Made by a program: the position numbers and the translations under genes. 64,000 nucleotides of DNA, from NCBI GenBank assembly GCA_965226435.1, contig CBDDCY010000008.1, positions 342,925 through 406,924 on the forward strand, read 5' to 3'. This document shows positions 51,339 to 60,841 of this stretch, one piece after another (position 1 is the first letter of the stretch; the number at the start of each line of letters is the position of its first letter). A model generated the notes under the pieces. It had not been told where the DNA came from, made no database searches, and saw only the letters and a list, made by a program, of their open reading frames with translations. This DNA comes from Bryobacterales bacterium. GTDB taxonomy: Bacteria; Acidobacteriota; Terriglobia; Bryobacterales; UBA6623.

Positions 51339-51750
51339 CGGGAGCTGTCCCCGATCTCCGCCTCGGGAGCTGTCCCCGATCTCCGCCTCCCCGATCTCCG
51401 CCGATCTCCGCCCCCGTCCCCGATCTCCGCCCCGATCTAGGCCCGCCGATCTCCGCCCGATCTCCGTCTCCCGCCCGATCTCCGATCTCCCCCGATCTCC
51501 CCCGATCTCCGATCTCCGATCTTCGGTCCCGATCTCGGCCCACCGATCTCGGCCCACTCCCTCCTGGCCCAGCGCCGAAGGCTCTGAAATCCGCGGCCGG
51601 AGGCATGTGACCTGGGTTACGTGGCTGGGTTACGTGGCTGTCACCGATCTCCACCACCGATCTCCACCCTCACCGATCTCCACCCGGTCACCGATCTCCA
51701 CCGATCTCCCCCGATCTCCCACCACCGATCTCCCACCGATCTCTTGCGGA
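51339..51750 (+). repeat. Dense same-strand array of 24 CGATCT cores (mostly CCGATCTCC) in two blocks
   Basis: Counted by eye. Block 1 (51351-51552) has 16 copies, mostly CCGATCTCCGCC-like, and opens with a perfect 25-bp tandem (51339-51363 and 51364-51388). Block 2 (51645-51742) has 8 copies of CACCGATCTCCAC-like type. Spacers are 0-8 nt. Confidence 0.9.
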
Positions 51751-51883
51751 ACTCGTCGCGCGAGATCAACGCGGGTACTCCAGGCGGAGGCGTTGCTGCT
51801 CCGTCCGCGAACTTAAAACTCCCCCCAGAGACTTCAGACTGGCCCGAGCGGAGGGAGTTGAGGGCGCGATTCTGTGTTATCGG

Positions 51884-52456
51884 TCACGGCCCATCGCTCG
51901 AGCAGAATGCAATATCGGTCGAGCAGTTGGCCGCCGACCAAACGTAATCTGACCCCAGATCATCGCAGTGGTTGCTCTTTGTGGGGAGGCCATATTGGTA
52001 CTTACCTGCCACCTTTGTTATTGGGCATGTGCACTTTGTTAGTTTTTTGCCATCAACGGTGATAGTAGGCCCGGGGCAGGGCGCAGTCATGCAGCCTGCA
52101 TATGGGCCCTGGTCGCCGGCCGCGCTGCAATCGGTCGACGGTCCGGGGTACTTCTCTACTTTCTTCTTCGAGAAGGTTGAGATCATCTCAGCCTCCGCGG
52201 ACGGGTACTCCGCAGACGGGTAGAGAGTCTGTGGGCTTTTTATGGTGCCGTCGTCGGACACCTCGCCCAGGTCGGAGCAGACCGGGGCCGCGGGACAGAG
52301 GTTCCGCATCTCCCCTGTGCATCTTGCCGAGTTTTGATTCGCCATGTTTAGGCAGCTAGAGCCTGACGGGCCACAGGCCACCATGTTTTTTTGGCGAACT
52401 CCGGCATCGAGGATCGACCCTATGGCTACATAGTTTTGGGAACCGTCCTCAAACAC
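51884..52456 (-). CDS. Cysteine-rich hypothetical protein, lower GC than its surroundings, possibly 5'-truncated
   Basis: 190 codons from a GTG. The frame stays open upstream to the IS256 boundary (about 52556). No signal peptide is visible. Contains CX..C-rich segments (CPAAPVC, CMTAPCPGP, KCTCP). Confidence 0.45.
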   Translation of the reverse strand: MFEDGSQNYVAIGSILDAGVRQKNMVACGPSGSSCLNMANQNSARCTGEMRNLCPAAPVCSDLGEVSDDGTIKSPQTLYPSAEYPSAEAEMISTFSKKKVEKYPGPSTDCSAAGDQGPYAGCMTAPCPGPTITVDGKKLTKCTCPITKVAGKYQYGLPTKSNHCDDLGSDYVWSAANCSTDIAFCSSDGP

Positions 52457-52542
52457 GTAGCATCTGCAGGTTGCGGTACCATCGCCATTATCTTCGCAGG
52501 GGAGGGGCGGCGCGGGACCGATGCTTATGGTGTCTGACGGCG

Positions 52543-53972
52543 GGGTCTTCGGGAGCTATAACCATAAGTTGTGGATGAGCCTCTGAGGGGAGGCGGCGTA
52601 TCCTGACGATTGAGGAAGCAACTCAATCGTTTTCTGGAAAGGAACAAGGAGGATACGCCATGAGTCAGTGTGAAGCTGCTGAGAGCAGCAGTCAAGTCAA
52701 CCCCCAAGTCATTGATGGAAAGGAACGCTCGCCCTTGGATGAGGTGCTGCGCCAAGGAGCGCGCCAGATGCTCGTCAAGGCCGTGGAAGCCGAAGTGACC
52801 GCCTACATCGAAACGCATCAGCACGAAGTCGACCAGGACGGCCGGCGGCTGGTGGTGCGCAACGGTCACGCCCGCGAGCGCACCATCGTCAGCGGCGTGG
52901 GTCAGCTGAAGATCCAGGCGCCGCGGGTCGACGATCGCCGAGTCGATGAGCAGGGCCGGCGCTTTCGTTTCACTTCCCAGATCCTGCCGCCGTATCTGCG
53001 GCGCACGAAGAGTGTGGAGGAGTTGATCCCCTGGTTGTACCTGAAAGGGATCTCGACGGGCGATTTCAGCGAAGCGCTGGAGGCCTTGCTGGGGCCCGAC
53101 GCTCCGGGCCTGTCGGCGACGACGGTGGTGCGTCTCAAAGACGTCTGGCGCCGCGAGTACGAGGCTTGGTCAAAGCGTGACCTCAGCGGCCAGCGGTTTG
53201 TTTACATTTGGGCCGATGGCATCTACTCGAATGTTCGTCTGGACGATGAACGGCAGTGTTTGCTGGTTGTGATGGGAGCACTCGAAGACGGTCGCAAGCA
53301 ACTGCTGGCGGTGCACGACGGCTTTCGCGAAAGCGAACTGTCGTGGCAGGAGTTGCTGGAGGACTTGAAACGGCAGGGGCTCGAGCTGCCGCCGAAGTTG
53401 GCGGTGGGCGACGGAGCGATGGGGTTTTGGGCGGCACTGCGGAAAGTCTATCCGGCGACCGGTGAGCAACGCTGCTGGCTCCACAAGACGGCCAACGTGC
53501 TCAATAAGCTGCCGCAGAGCATGCAGGGCAAAGCCAAGCAGGCGCTGCGCGACATCTATCTTGCCGAGAGTCGGCAGACGGCGGAGGCCGCTCTGGACCG
53601 TTTCAAGAACCTATACGAGAAGAAGTTTCCCAAAGCGGTCGAGTGCCTGGAAAAAGACCGCCAAGTGCTGCTGGCTTTCTACGACTTTCCGGCCGAGCAC
53701 TGGGGGCACTTGCGGACGACGAACCCGATCGAGTCCACCTTTGCGACGGTCCGTTTGCGGCAGCGACGAACGAAGGGTTGTGGCAGCCGCGAAGCGTCGT
53801 TAACGATGGTCTTCATGCTGGCCCGCCAAGCCGAGCGCCACTGGCGACGCCTGAACGGTTCGGAAGTGATTGTTCATGTCTTAGAGGGAAAGGTTTTCAA
53901 GGATGGATTGATGGTTCAGGAAAACGCCGCCTGACCTCGCCCATCCACAACATTTGACAATATCTCCGCTAA
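52543..53972 (+). mobile_element. IS256-family insertion sequence
   Basis: Imperfect terminal IRs, both containing GTTGTGGATG(A/G)GC (left 52569-52581; right, reverse complement, 53938-53950). Exact ends are uncertain by a few bp. A 7-bp direct repeat GACGGCG (52536-52542 and 53973-53979) may be the target duplication. Confidence 0.75.
52660..53934 (+). CDS. IS256-family (Mutator-type) transposase
   Basis: 424 aa, apparently intact; SPLDEVLRQGARQMLVKAVEAEVTAYIE...RNGHARERTIVSGVGQLKIQAPRVDDRR...IWADGIY...WLHKTANVLNKLP is typical of IS256 transposases. Confidence 0.9.
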   Translation: MSQCEAAESSSQVNPQVIDGKERSPLDEVLRQGARQMLVKAVEAEVTAYIETHQHEVDQDGRRLVVRNGHARERTIVSGVGQLKIQAPRVDDRRVDEQGRRFRFTSQILPPYLRRTKSVEELIPWLYLKGISTGDFSEALEALLGPDAPGLSATTVVRLKDVWRREYEAWSKRDLSGQRFVYIWADGIYSNVRLDDERQCLLVVMGALEDGRKQLLAVHDGFRESELSWQELLEDLKRQGLELPPKLAVGDGAMGFWAALRKVYPATGEQRCWLHKTANVLNKLPQSMQGKAKQALRDIYLAESRQTAEAALDRFKNLYEKKFPKAVECLEKDRQVLLAFYDFPAEHWGHLRTTNPIESTFATVRLRQRRTKGCGSREASLTMVFMLARQAERHWRRLNGSEVIVHVLEGKVFKDGLMVQENAA

Positions 53973-54352
53973 GACGGCGAAGACACCAGTGTACAGTCCG
54001 GGAGCCGCTGAAGCGGAGCGGGGCCTTTTCGGGTCGATTCTTCGCGATGTGGATGAGGTTAGGCGCGGCTAAATGATTCGGGCCTCCGAGGTCTTTGGGC
54101 GGAGGCGAGGGAAGTGATTGATTTTATGTAAGTTAAGGTGGTTCCCGCAAATTTTCCCGGGTACGAAAGTCGTTCCGGTGCCGGTACGAAAGTATTAGGA
54201 CCGGGATATCCCCGCCGAGGAAAACAAACTAGGGCAATCAGGGTTTTTTGCCCATTTCGTACAGTCGATGTGAGCTTACTCTGGGGGAGCATTGCGCGGA
54301 TGATGTGGGCGGGAATTCGATGACCACCCACGGGGGACGAAAACAAAAGAAA

Positions 54353-55644
54353 GGCTCTTCCGGGTTTCTAGTGGCCGAGGAGAGCGGGGTGGTAGGTTCG
54401 CGGGATGCAAGACCGCGAGCTATACCGTGAGATTCTAGGCATGAAAGTCCCTGGAAAGTCGAACGCGTGGAGTTGCGCCGGGACGGCGGCGAAGTCCACG
54501 TCTTTCTCGAACACGATGAACAAGTGCGCTGGTGCTGTCCCGAGTGCGGCGCCGAGTGCGGGCTCCACGATCATCAACCCGAGCGCCATTGGCGTCATCT
54601 CGACACTTGCCGGTACCGCACGATTCTGCATGCCGAGCCGCCGCGTAGCGACTGCCCCGAGCACGGGGCCGCGGGTGGTGGAACTGCCGTGGGCCGAGGC
54701 CTCCCGCCGCTTCACAGCACTGTTGGAAGCTCTCGCGATCTCGTGGCTGCAAGCCAGTCAAACAAGGCGTCGCCGAGCTGCTCGCCCTGAGCCGGGACGA
54801 GATTCACGGCATCCTTGAACGCGCCGTGCAGCGTGGACTGGCGCGCCGCCGTGCCGAGCCGATCGCCCATCTAGGCGTCGACGAGAAGAGCTTCCGTAAG
54901 CGCCATCGCTATCTCACGGTCGTCAACGATCTCAACCGCTGGCGCGTGTTGTTCGTCGCCGCGGGACGGCGCAAGGCAAGCCTGGACGGCTTCTGGGAGA
55001 CGTTGAGCGAAGAACAGCTTGCCGGCGTCGAAGCCGTCGCGATGGACATCTGGGACCCCTACGTCGCCTCGACGCGCGAGCATCTCCCCGAATCGGACAA
55101 GAAGATCGTTTACGACAAGTTTCACATCGCGGCGCATCTATCGAAGGTCGTGGATCAAGTGCGGCGGGCGGAGAACAAACGCCTGCGGGCGTCCGGCGAC
55201 GAGCGTTTGAGCGGCACGAAGTACGTTTGGCCGCGGCATCCGGCAAGCTTTTCCGAAGACGCCTGGCGCGAGTTTCGAGTGCGGGAAAGCGACCTGAAGA
55301 CGGCGCGGGCGTGGGCGTTGAAGGAGACGGTGATGCGGCTGTTCGACTATCGTCGCGAATCGGCGGCGCGGGCTTTCTTCACGCCATGGCGCGAGTGGGC
55401 TCGTCGCAGCCGGTTGACGCCGATGGTCGCTGTGGCGCGGATGTTAACGGCGCGCCTCGAAAACATACTGACGTACCTGAAACACCGCGTCACGAATGCG
55501 GTCAGTGAGGGGCTGAACTCAACGATTCAATAGCTGAAGGCGACCGCTCGAGGCTTCCGCAATCAACAGAACTTCATCAACGCCATCTACTTCCACCGCG
55601 GAGGACTCGATATGGCCCCCGGCCACTAGAAACCCGGAAGAGCC
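54353..55644 (+). mobile_element. ISL3-family insertion sequence (decayed)
   Basis: Perfect 24-bp terminal inverted repeats: GGCTCTTCCGGGTTTCTAGTGGCC at 54353-54376 and its reverse complement at 55621-55644. Confidence 0.9.
54405..55629 (+). pseudogene. ISL3-family transposase pseudogene (several frameshifts plus an in-frame stop)
   Basis: The recognisable ISL3 sequence is split over frames: MQDRELYREILGM (54405), VELRRDGGEVHVFLEHDEQVRWCCPECG...WRHLDTCRYRTILHAEPPRSDCPEHG (the 54467 frame), VELPWAEASRRFTALLE, then 54826-55533. A TAG at 55531 sits where Trp is expected, and LKATARGFRNQQNFINAIYFH follows. Confidence 0.85.
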
Positions 55645-55828
55645 AGAAAACATAACCGCGCCGCGGCTGCCCGCAACGGCGGCGGGAACCGGCTCCTCGA
55701 CCTAAGGCCCCGCGCCGCCCTACCCGTTTTCATGGCGCTATGATGAACCATCGGTTCAGGAGAACCGTCCGCTCCGAAGCTTTTCAAGACTTCGGAAAGT
55801 CACGAATCGATTGGGAGGTGAAGGAACG

Positions 55829-56608
55829 ATGTCGTTAGAGTCCATGTTTTCGTTAGCCCCCAGGAAAGCCCTGATCGCCGGTGCAAGCCGCGGCATCGGC
55901 TTGGCGATTGCCAAAGCGTTTGCCGCCGCCGGAGCGCGCACGATTCTCGCCTCGCGTTCGTTGGAGAGACTCGAAGCCGAAGCCGCCCGGTTGCGCGAGC
56001 AAGGCCTCGACGCCGAAGCCGCCTTTCTCGACGTCACCCAACCCTCTTCGGTTGCCGAGCTGGCCGACGCCCATCCCGACATCGAGATTCTCGCCAATGT
56101 CGCGGGCACCAATCAGCGCAAGAAATTCGAAGACTACACCGACGAGGAATACGACCGCATCTTAGCCGTGAACCTGCACGGACTCGCGCGAGTCACCAAG
56201 CACGTCGGCCGCAACATGATCGCTCGCGGCAAGGGCGGAAAGATCGTCACCATCGGCAGCCTGACGTCGACCTTGGGATTGCCGTATCTCTCTATCTACG
56301 GCATTAGCAAGAGCGCGCTGGCCGGGCTGACGCGCGGTCTCGCCGTCGAGTGGGCGCCCCATAATATTCAAGTCAACTGCATTGCGCCCGGGTTTATTCT
56401 CACCGACATGAATCGCGATATGTGGCGGCCCGAGCACATGCACGAGTGGATCAAGGGCGTGCAATCGAACCCCCGGCTTGGCTCGCCCGAGGACATCGCC
56501 GGGTTGGCGACCTTCTTGGCCGGCCCCGCGGCGGAATACATCACCGGCCAAGTCATCGCCTCCGACGGCGGCTATACCACGACCGCCCGCTGGCCGCACG
56601 CGTCGTAG
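55829..56608 (+). CDS. SDR-family oxidoreductase (gluconate 5-dehydrogenase / KduD-like)
   Basis: ATG at 55829 preceded by GGAGGTGAAGG. TGASRGIG-type motif (AGASRGIGLAIAKAF), NVAG, and the catalytic Y..K (YGISKSAL). Confidence 0.88.
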   Translation: MSLESMFSLAPRKALIAGASRGIGLAIAKAFAAAGARTILASRSLERLEAEAARLREQGLDAEAAFLDVTQPSSVAELADAHPDIEILANVAGTNQRKKFEDYTDEEYDRILAVNLHGLARVTKHVGRNMIARGKGGKIVTIGSLTSTLGLPYLSIYGISKSALAGLTRGLAVEWAPHNIQVNCIAPGFILTDMNRDMWRPEHMHEWIKGVQSNPRLGSPEDIAGLATFLAGPAAEYITGQVIASDGGYTTTARWPHAS

Positions 56609-56683
56609 CCCGCGAATCCCGGTTATTTTCAGCAGCGCGTATTCCTCTGCACGTCGCGCACCCCCCGCGCGTCGAAATCTAGT

Positions 56684-58345
56684 ATGGGGAAGCTGCGCCT
56701 CGGTGTCCTGGTTTGTCTGACGGCGTCTTGGCTGTCGGCGGGCGAAGCCGAGGAGTTGTTTAAGCAAGGACGACGAGCCGCCCGGCGAGGCGACGCCGTC
56801 ACGGCCTATCTCTATTTTTCACGAGCGCGCGCCGCTGATCCGACCGACCTACGCTTCGCCAACGCGGTGAGCGCCGTCCGAGCCGGCGCGGGGCAAACCT
56901 TGGCGGCGCTGGGCAGCTACCAGGCCGCCGCCGCCGTTGACGCCGCGCAGTCCTACTTGTTGCAAGGGGCCGCCGAGAGCGCCGCCAAAGAGCACGTCGA
57001 CGCGGTGTCGCCCGTCGAGCTGCGCGCCATGCGGACACAGCGTCGTCTCAAGCCCCCGGTGGAACTTCGCCCGAACGAAAAGACATCGTCGTTCCGTATC
57101 AAGAAATCGATCGGCGAAACCTACCAGGCCGTGGCGCGCGAATTCGGCCTCAAGGTGATTTTCGATTCCGACTTTGATCGCGAAAAAGAGATCGGCTTTG
57201 CACTCGATGAAGCCGACTTTATTCAGGCCGTGCGGGTCCTCAACGACGTCGCCCGCGCCATCGCGATCCCGCTGACCCCGGAGATTTTTCTGGTCGCCGA
57301 AGACTCCCCCTCGAAACGAACCGAACTCGAACCCATGGCAACGGCCATCATTCCGGTTCCCGACGCCATGACCGACGAAGAGCTGCAGCAGATCGGACAA
57401 GCCGTCCGGCAGGTGCTCGAAGTCAAGCGCTTGCAGACCGACCGCGCGAACCGTCAGGTGGTGCTCCGCGACACGGTTCACCGTGTCCGCTTGGCGCGGG
57501 AGATCTACCGCCAACTCTCGCGGGCGCGCGGCGAGGTCGTTCTGGAAATCGATCTGATCGCCATGAACGAAACGGACCAAGTCGACTTCGGCATCAAGCT
57601 GCCCACCGCCTTCCCGCTGACGAATTTCAGCACGATCTGGGGGGCGCAAGCACCCGATCGCGGCTCCTCGGGCGTACCGCTGCTCGGGATCGGCGGGGGG
57701 CAGACCGTCTTCGGCGTTGCCATCGCCGACGCCCTGTTCACGGCCAAGCGGACTCGATCTTCGGGCCGCAGCCTCCAGCGTTTTCAGCTCCGCTCGGTCC
57801 ATGGTCAGCCGGCCACACTGAACATCGGCGAGCGCTTCCCCATCATCAACGCGCGTTTTTCCGCGGTCGTCATCAATCAACAGATCCGGGACGAAACCGA
57901 GGCCGGCACCCTGCGGCAGCCCTTTCCCTCCTTCACCTTCGAGGATCTGGGACTCAACTTCACCGCCACCACGCAGGTGCACGACGCCGACGAGGTGTCC
58001 ATTGAGTTCGAACTGGAAGTGCAGCTTCTTTCGGGCAGCGCCGTGAACGACATCCCGATTCTTTCCAACCGCAGCTTCAATTCCGCCATTCGCCTGCGGA
58101 CCGACCAAGCCGCGGTCATCAGCGGCATGAAGATCTTCGAACGCCGCAAGAATCGCTCGGGTTTAGCCTGGCTCTCGGAGATCCCCTGGTTGGGTCGGTT
58201 GTTTAGCGATCAGTCGAATCAATTCAACGTGAGCGAACTCATCGTCACCGTGAGGCCGCGCATCGTGCGCTTGCCCCCGGCCGAGATCGAACCCTCGCCG
58301 GCTCTCCGCTATGGCCCGGAAACCCGCCCCTTGACCGCCTTGTAG
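56684..58345 (+). CDS. Secretin-family protein (type II/III secretion or type IV pilus secretin-like)
   Basis: Signal peptide and a TPR-like N-terminus. C-terminal secretin domain ending in IPWLGRLFSDQSNQFNVSELIVTVRPRIV. Confidence 0.75.
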   Translation: MGKLRLGVLVCLTASWLSAGEAEELFKQGRRAARRGDAVTAYLYFSRARAADPTDLRFANAVSAVRAGAGQTLAALGSYQAAAAVDAAQSYLLQGAAESAAKEHVDAVSPVELRAMRTQRRLKPPVELRPNEKTSSFRIKKSIGETYQAVAREFGLKVIFDSDFDREKEIGFALDEADFIQAVRVLNDVARAIAIPLTPEIFLVAEDSPSKRTELEPMATAIIPVPDAMTDEELQQIGQAVRQVLEVKRLQTDRANRQVVLRDTVHRVRLAREIYRQLSRARGEVVLEIDLIAMNETDQVDFGIKLPTAFPLTNFSTIWGAQAPDRGSSGVPLLGIGGGQTVFGVAIADALFTAKRTRSSGRSLQRFQLRSVHGQPATLNIGERFPIINARFSAVVINQQIRDETEAGTLRQPFPSFTFEDLGLNFTATTQVHDADEVSIEFELEVQLLSGSAVNDIPILSNRSFNSAIRLRTDQAAVISGMKIFERRKNRSGLAWLSEIPWLGRLFSDQSNQFNVSELIVTVRPRIVRLPPAEIEPSPALRYGPETRPLTAL

Positions 58346-58367
58346 CCTCAACTCCCGCAACTAGAAT

Positions 58368-58393
58368 CAGAGCCCCGAGCGCAAGCGACGGGC
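58368..58393. repeat. 26-bp dispersed repeat CAGAGCCCCGAGCGCAAGCGACGGGC (copy 2)
   Basis: Identical to 5221-5246 and also located between convergent genes. Confidence 0.8.
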
Positions 58394-58420
58394 CCGGCCG
58401 ACACAGCACCGCGGTTCCGC

Positions 58421-60841
58421 TCAAAACCTATACCGCAACGAAAACTGAATGAAGCGGGGATCAAAGGTCTCGAGCACCCGGCCGAAGTTCACCGATCCGA
58501 TGTCGCCCACCGGGTTTCGAAACTGCGCCTGATTGAAGAGATTGAAAAACTCGGCGCGGAACTCCAAGCTCTGACTTTCAGTGATTTTCGTCCGCTTGAA
58601 CGCCGCAAACTGCCAATTCATGAATCCGGGGCCGCGCAGGACGTTGCGTCCGAAGTTCCCGTGACGCCCCGCGCCCAGCTCGTAAACCGGCGCCGAGCCG
58701 ACTCGGCGAAAATGCGGGTTGGCGCCGGCGGTGGGCGTCCCCCCTCCCGTGCCGTCGAACCAGGAATTCGGCCGGCCCCGAACCGCATCCGTTGAGCGGG
58801 GGTCGAAAAAGTCAATTTCACCCCCGATGTAATCGGGTGTTCCCACGAAGGGGACGGCGCAGAGGCAACGATCTTCGGTCTCGAGTAGGTTGAACGCCGC
58901 GCCACTTCGTAACATCGTCATCCCCGACACCCCCCAGCCTCCCAGGAGCTTGCCCAAGGGCCCCGCCCGCGATTTCCACCAAGGGAGTTCGTACACATAA
59001 GTGCCGACATAGACGTGACGGCGATCGTGGTCGGCGTGCCCCCGACGCGAGCGCCCGTCATCGGGCCGGTCGCGTTCCCTTTGGTCCGACGCCGAGTCGA
59101 TGGCGTGGGACCAAGTGTACGCGTGGGTCATCTGAAATCCCTTGGAGGATCGCTTGGTCAAGTTGGTCTGCAAGCTGTTGTAGTTGGAGTTGCGGTCGTT
59201 GCTGTAAATCAGGATGTTGCTGAAGGGGTTGACTCCAAACTGCTCGATCCAAGGGTGACCCTGGTTAAAGCCGCGGCGGGCGTCGCTGTTGCCCGAGTGG
59301 GCGCCCGGGCCGGGCACGGCCGGATTGGCCTCTCGCAAGCTGTGGAGCTTGACTCCGTTGGATCCCACATAGCCCACCTCCAACAGCCAGTTGGGCAGCA
59401 GCTCGTATTGCACCTGCAAGCTCCATTGCTGGGTGTAAGGCGTGGACAGATTGCGGTCCATTCCCCAGAATGTGATCGGGGCCAGCGAAACGAAATCGAA
59501 ACTCTCGCCGGGCTCGGGGGGGACGTGGGGGAAGGGTTGCGGACCGGGAGTGAACAGCGCTCCCAAGGGTTGGCAAACTCCGTAAAGAAGACACGCTTGT
59601 TAATTGTGTACGGGGCCGCCCTTGTCCTTTCGAATTCCAGGTCGTAGTCAGCCAGCGCGTAGAACAAGCCGTAGCCGCCGCGCACGGCGAGCCGCCCATT
59701 ACCGAGAAGGTCCCAAGCAAGGCCGAAACGCGGTCCGAAATTGTTCCAATCCTGGTCGTAGGTAGAGCGCGAAATGCCCTCGTCGCCGGGGTAGACCAAA
59801 CCCGCGGGCGCATCAGGGAAAATGACCGATTGCTCTCCGGGCCGCAGGGCGCTCACACGATCGCTTGTTTCCGTCAGGCCCTTGTTGAATTCCCAGCGCA
59901 ACCCTAGGTTGAGGGTCAGATTACTAGTCACCTTCCAGTCATCCTGCGCAAACACGCTTGTGGAGGCGGTGCGGCCTTCGACGGCGGCCGCCGACCCTTG
60001 TTGATAGAAAGTCGTAAAGCCGCCGGCAAGATCGTTCAACGCCGGCGAGAGCCCCTCAATGGCGGGAACAAGACCGTTTGCGACGCCGTTGCCGTCGAAA
60101 ACAAACAACCCGTTGTTGAGGAGGGAAGTCGTCCGATCGATCGGCCTCGATGTGAAGTTGCCGCCGAATTTGAGGGCGTGCCGGCCGCGGGTCCAACTGA
60201 CATTGTCGATCAATTGCAGCGTGGACTCCTGGGACGTCAGAGGAACACCGGCATCCCCAAACTCACTGAAGCCAACGATGATCACCAGCGGAGCCGACGC
60301 CTTGTCGGGAAGGTCGGGTACGATGCCGTCCAGCCCCAAACTGCTCGGCGGGACCGGGTTGGCGGGATTGAAGATATCCGAGTTGACCCGCTGCAGAGCC
60401 AGGCGAAACTCGTGAAACAGATTGGGGCCGAACGAATGCGTGTCGCGCACGACCAGGTTCTGGGTTCGAGTCTTGTTGGACCACTCGAAGCCCGGAATGG
60501 CGATCGGACCGGCTCCTCCAAACGAAGGATTGATGCCGTTGGAGTCGTTGCGAATATACGTAGCCGCCAGCCGGTTCGCGGCGCTGAAATGGTGGTCGAT
60601 CTTGAACAGGATTTGATCGCGATCGAGGTCGCTTTGTAGATTGCTGAAGAGGGTGTTACCTTCGGTTGCGCTCGGCAGCAGCCCAATCAGCGCCCGGGCT
60701 TCGGACGTGCCGAACTCCTCGATCGCTTGGCGTTCGGCGGCGTTGGGAACGGTTGCCGAACGGGATATTTCCGTGCGCCGCCGGAACCCCAGATACGACG
60801 CGAAGAAGAATGTCTTGTTGGGCTGGATCGGTCCGCCGAGA
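58421..60841 (-). pseudogene. TonB-dependent receptor pseudogene, 3' portion (IS-interrupted, with an additional 1-nt frameshift)
   Basis: ORFs 59209-60450 and 58421-59566 are two frames of one barrel (...FTEFANP / LGALFTPGPQPF...), joined by an apparent single-base deletion near 59575. C-terminus ...FIQFSLRYRF. The frame runs without a stop up to the IS at 60841. Confidence 0.85.

Noticed and set aside
51339-51750. Possible CRISPR array
   Set aside because: The repeat units are only about 9-12 nt with 0-8-nt spacers, far from CRISPR geometry, and no cas genes are present in the window.
51088-51816. 242-aa plus-strand ORF, with overlapping ORFs on both strands, across the CGATCT array
   Set aside because: The translations are pure repeats of RSP, DLR or PIS caused by the DNA repeat. 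Several frames and both strands are open at once, which argues against coding.
56849-58108. 419-aa minus-strand ORF, and similar long antisense ORFs at 21565-22527, 24304-25740, 26183-27223, 27380-28399, 31753-32733, 15919-16722 and 45236-45766
   Set aside because: Each overlaps, on the opposite strand, a gene with clear family motifs (secretin, accB/accC, PQQ-like protein, secA, the receptor, the regulator/kinase pair, the methyltransferase). None has recognisable domains.
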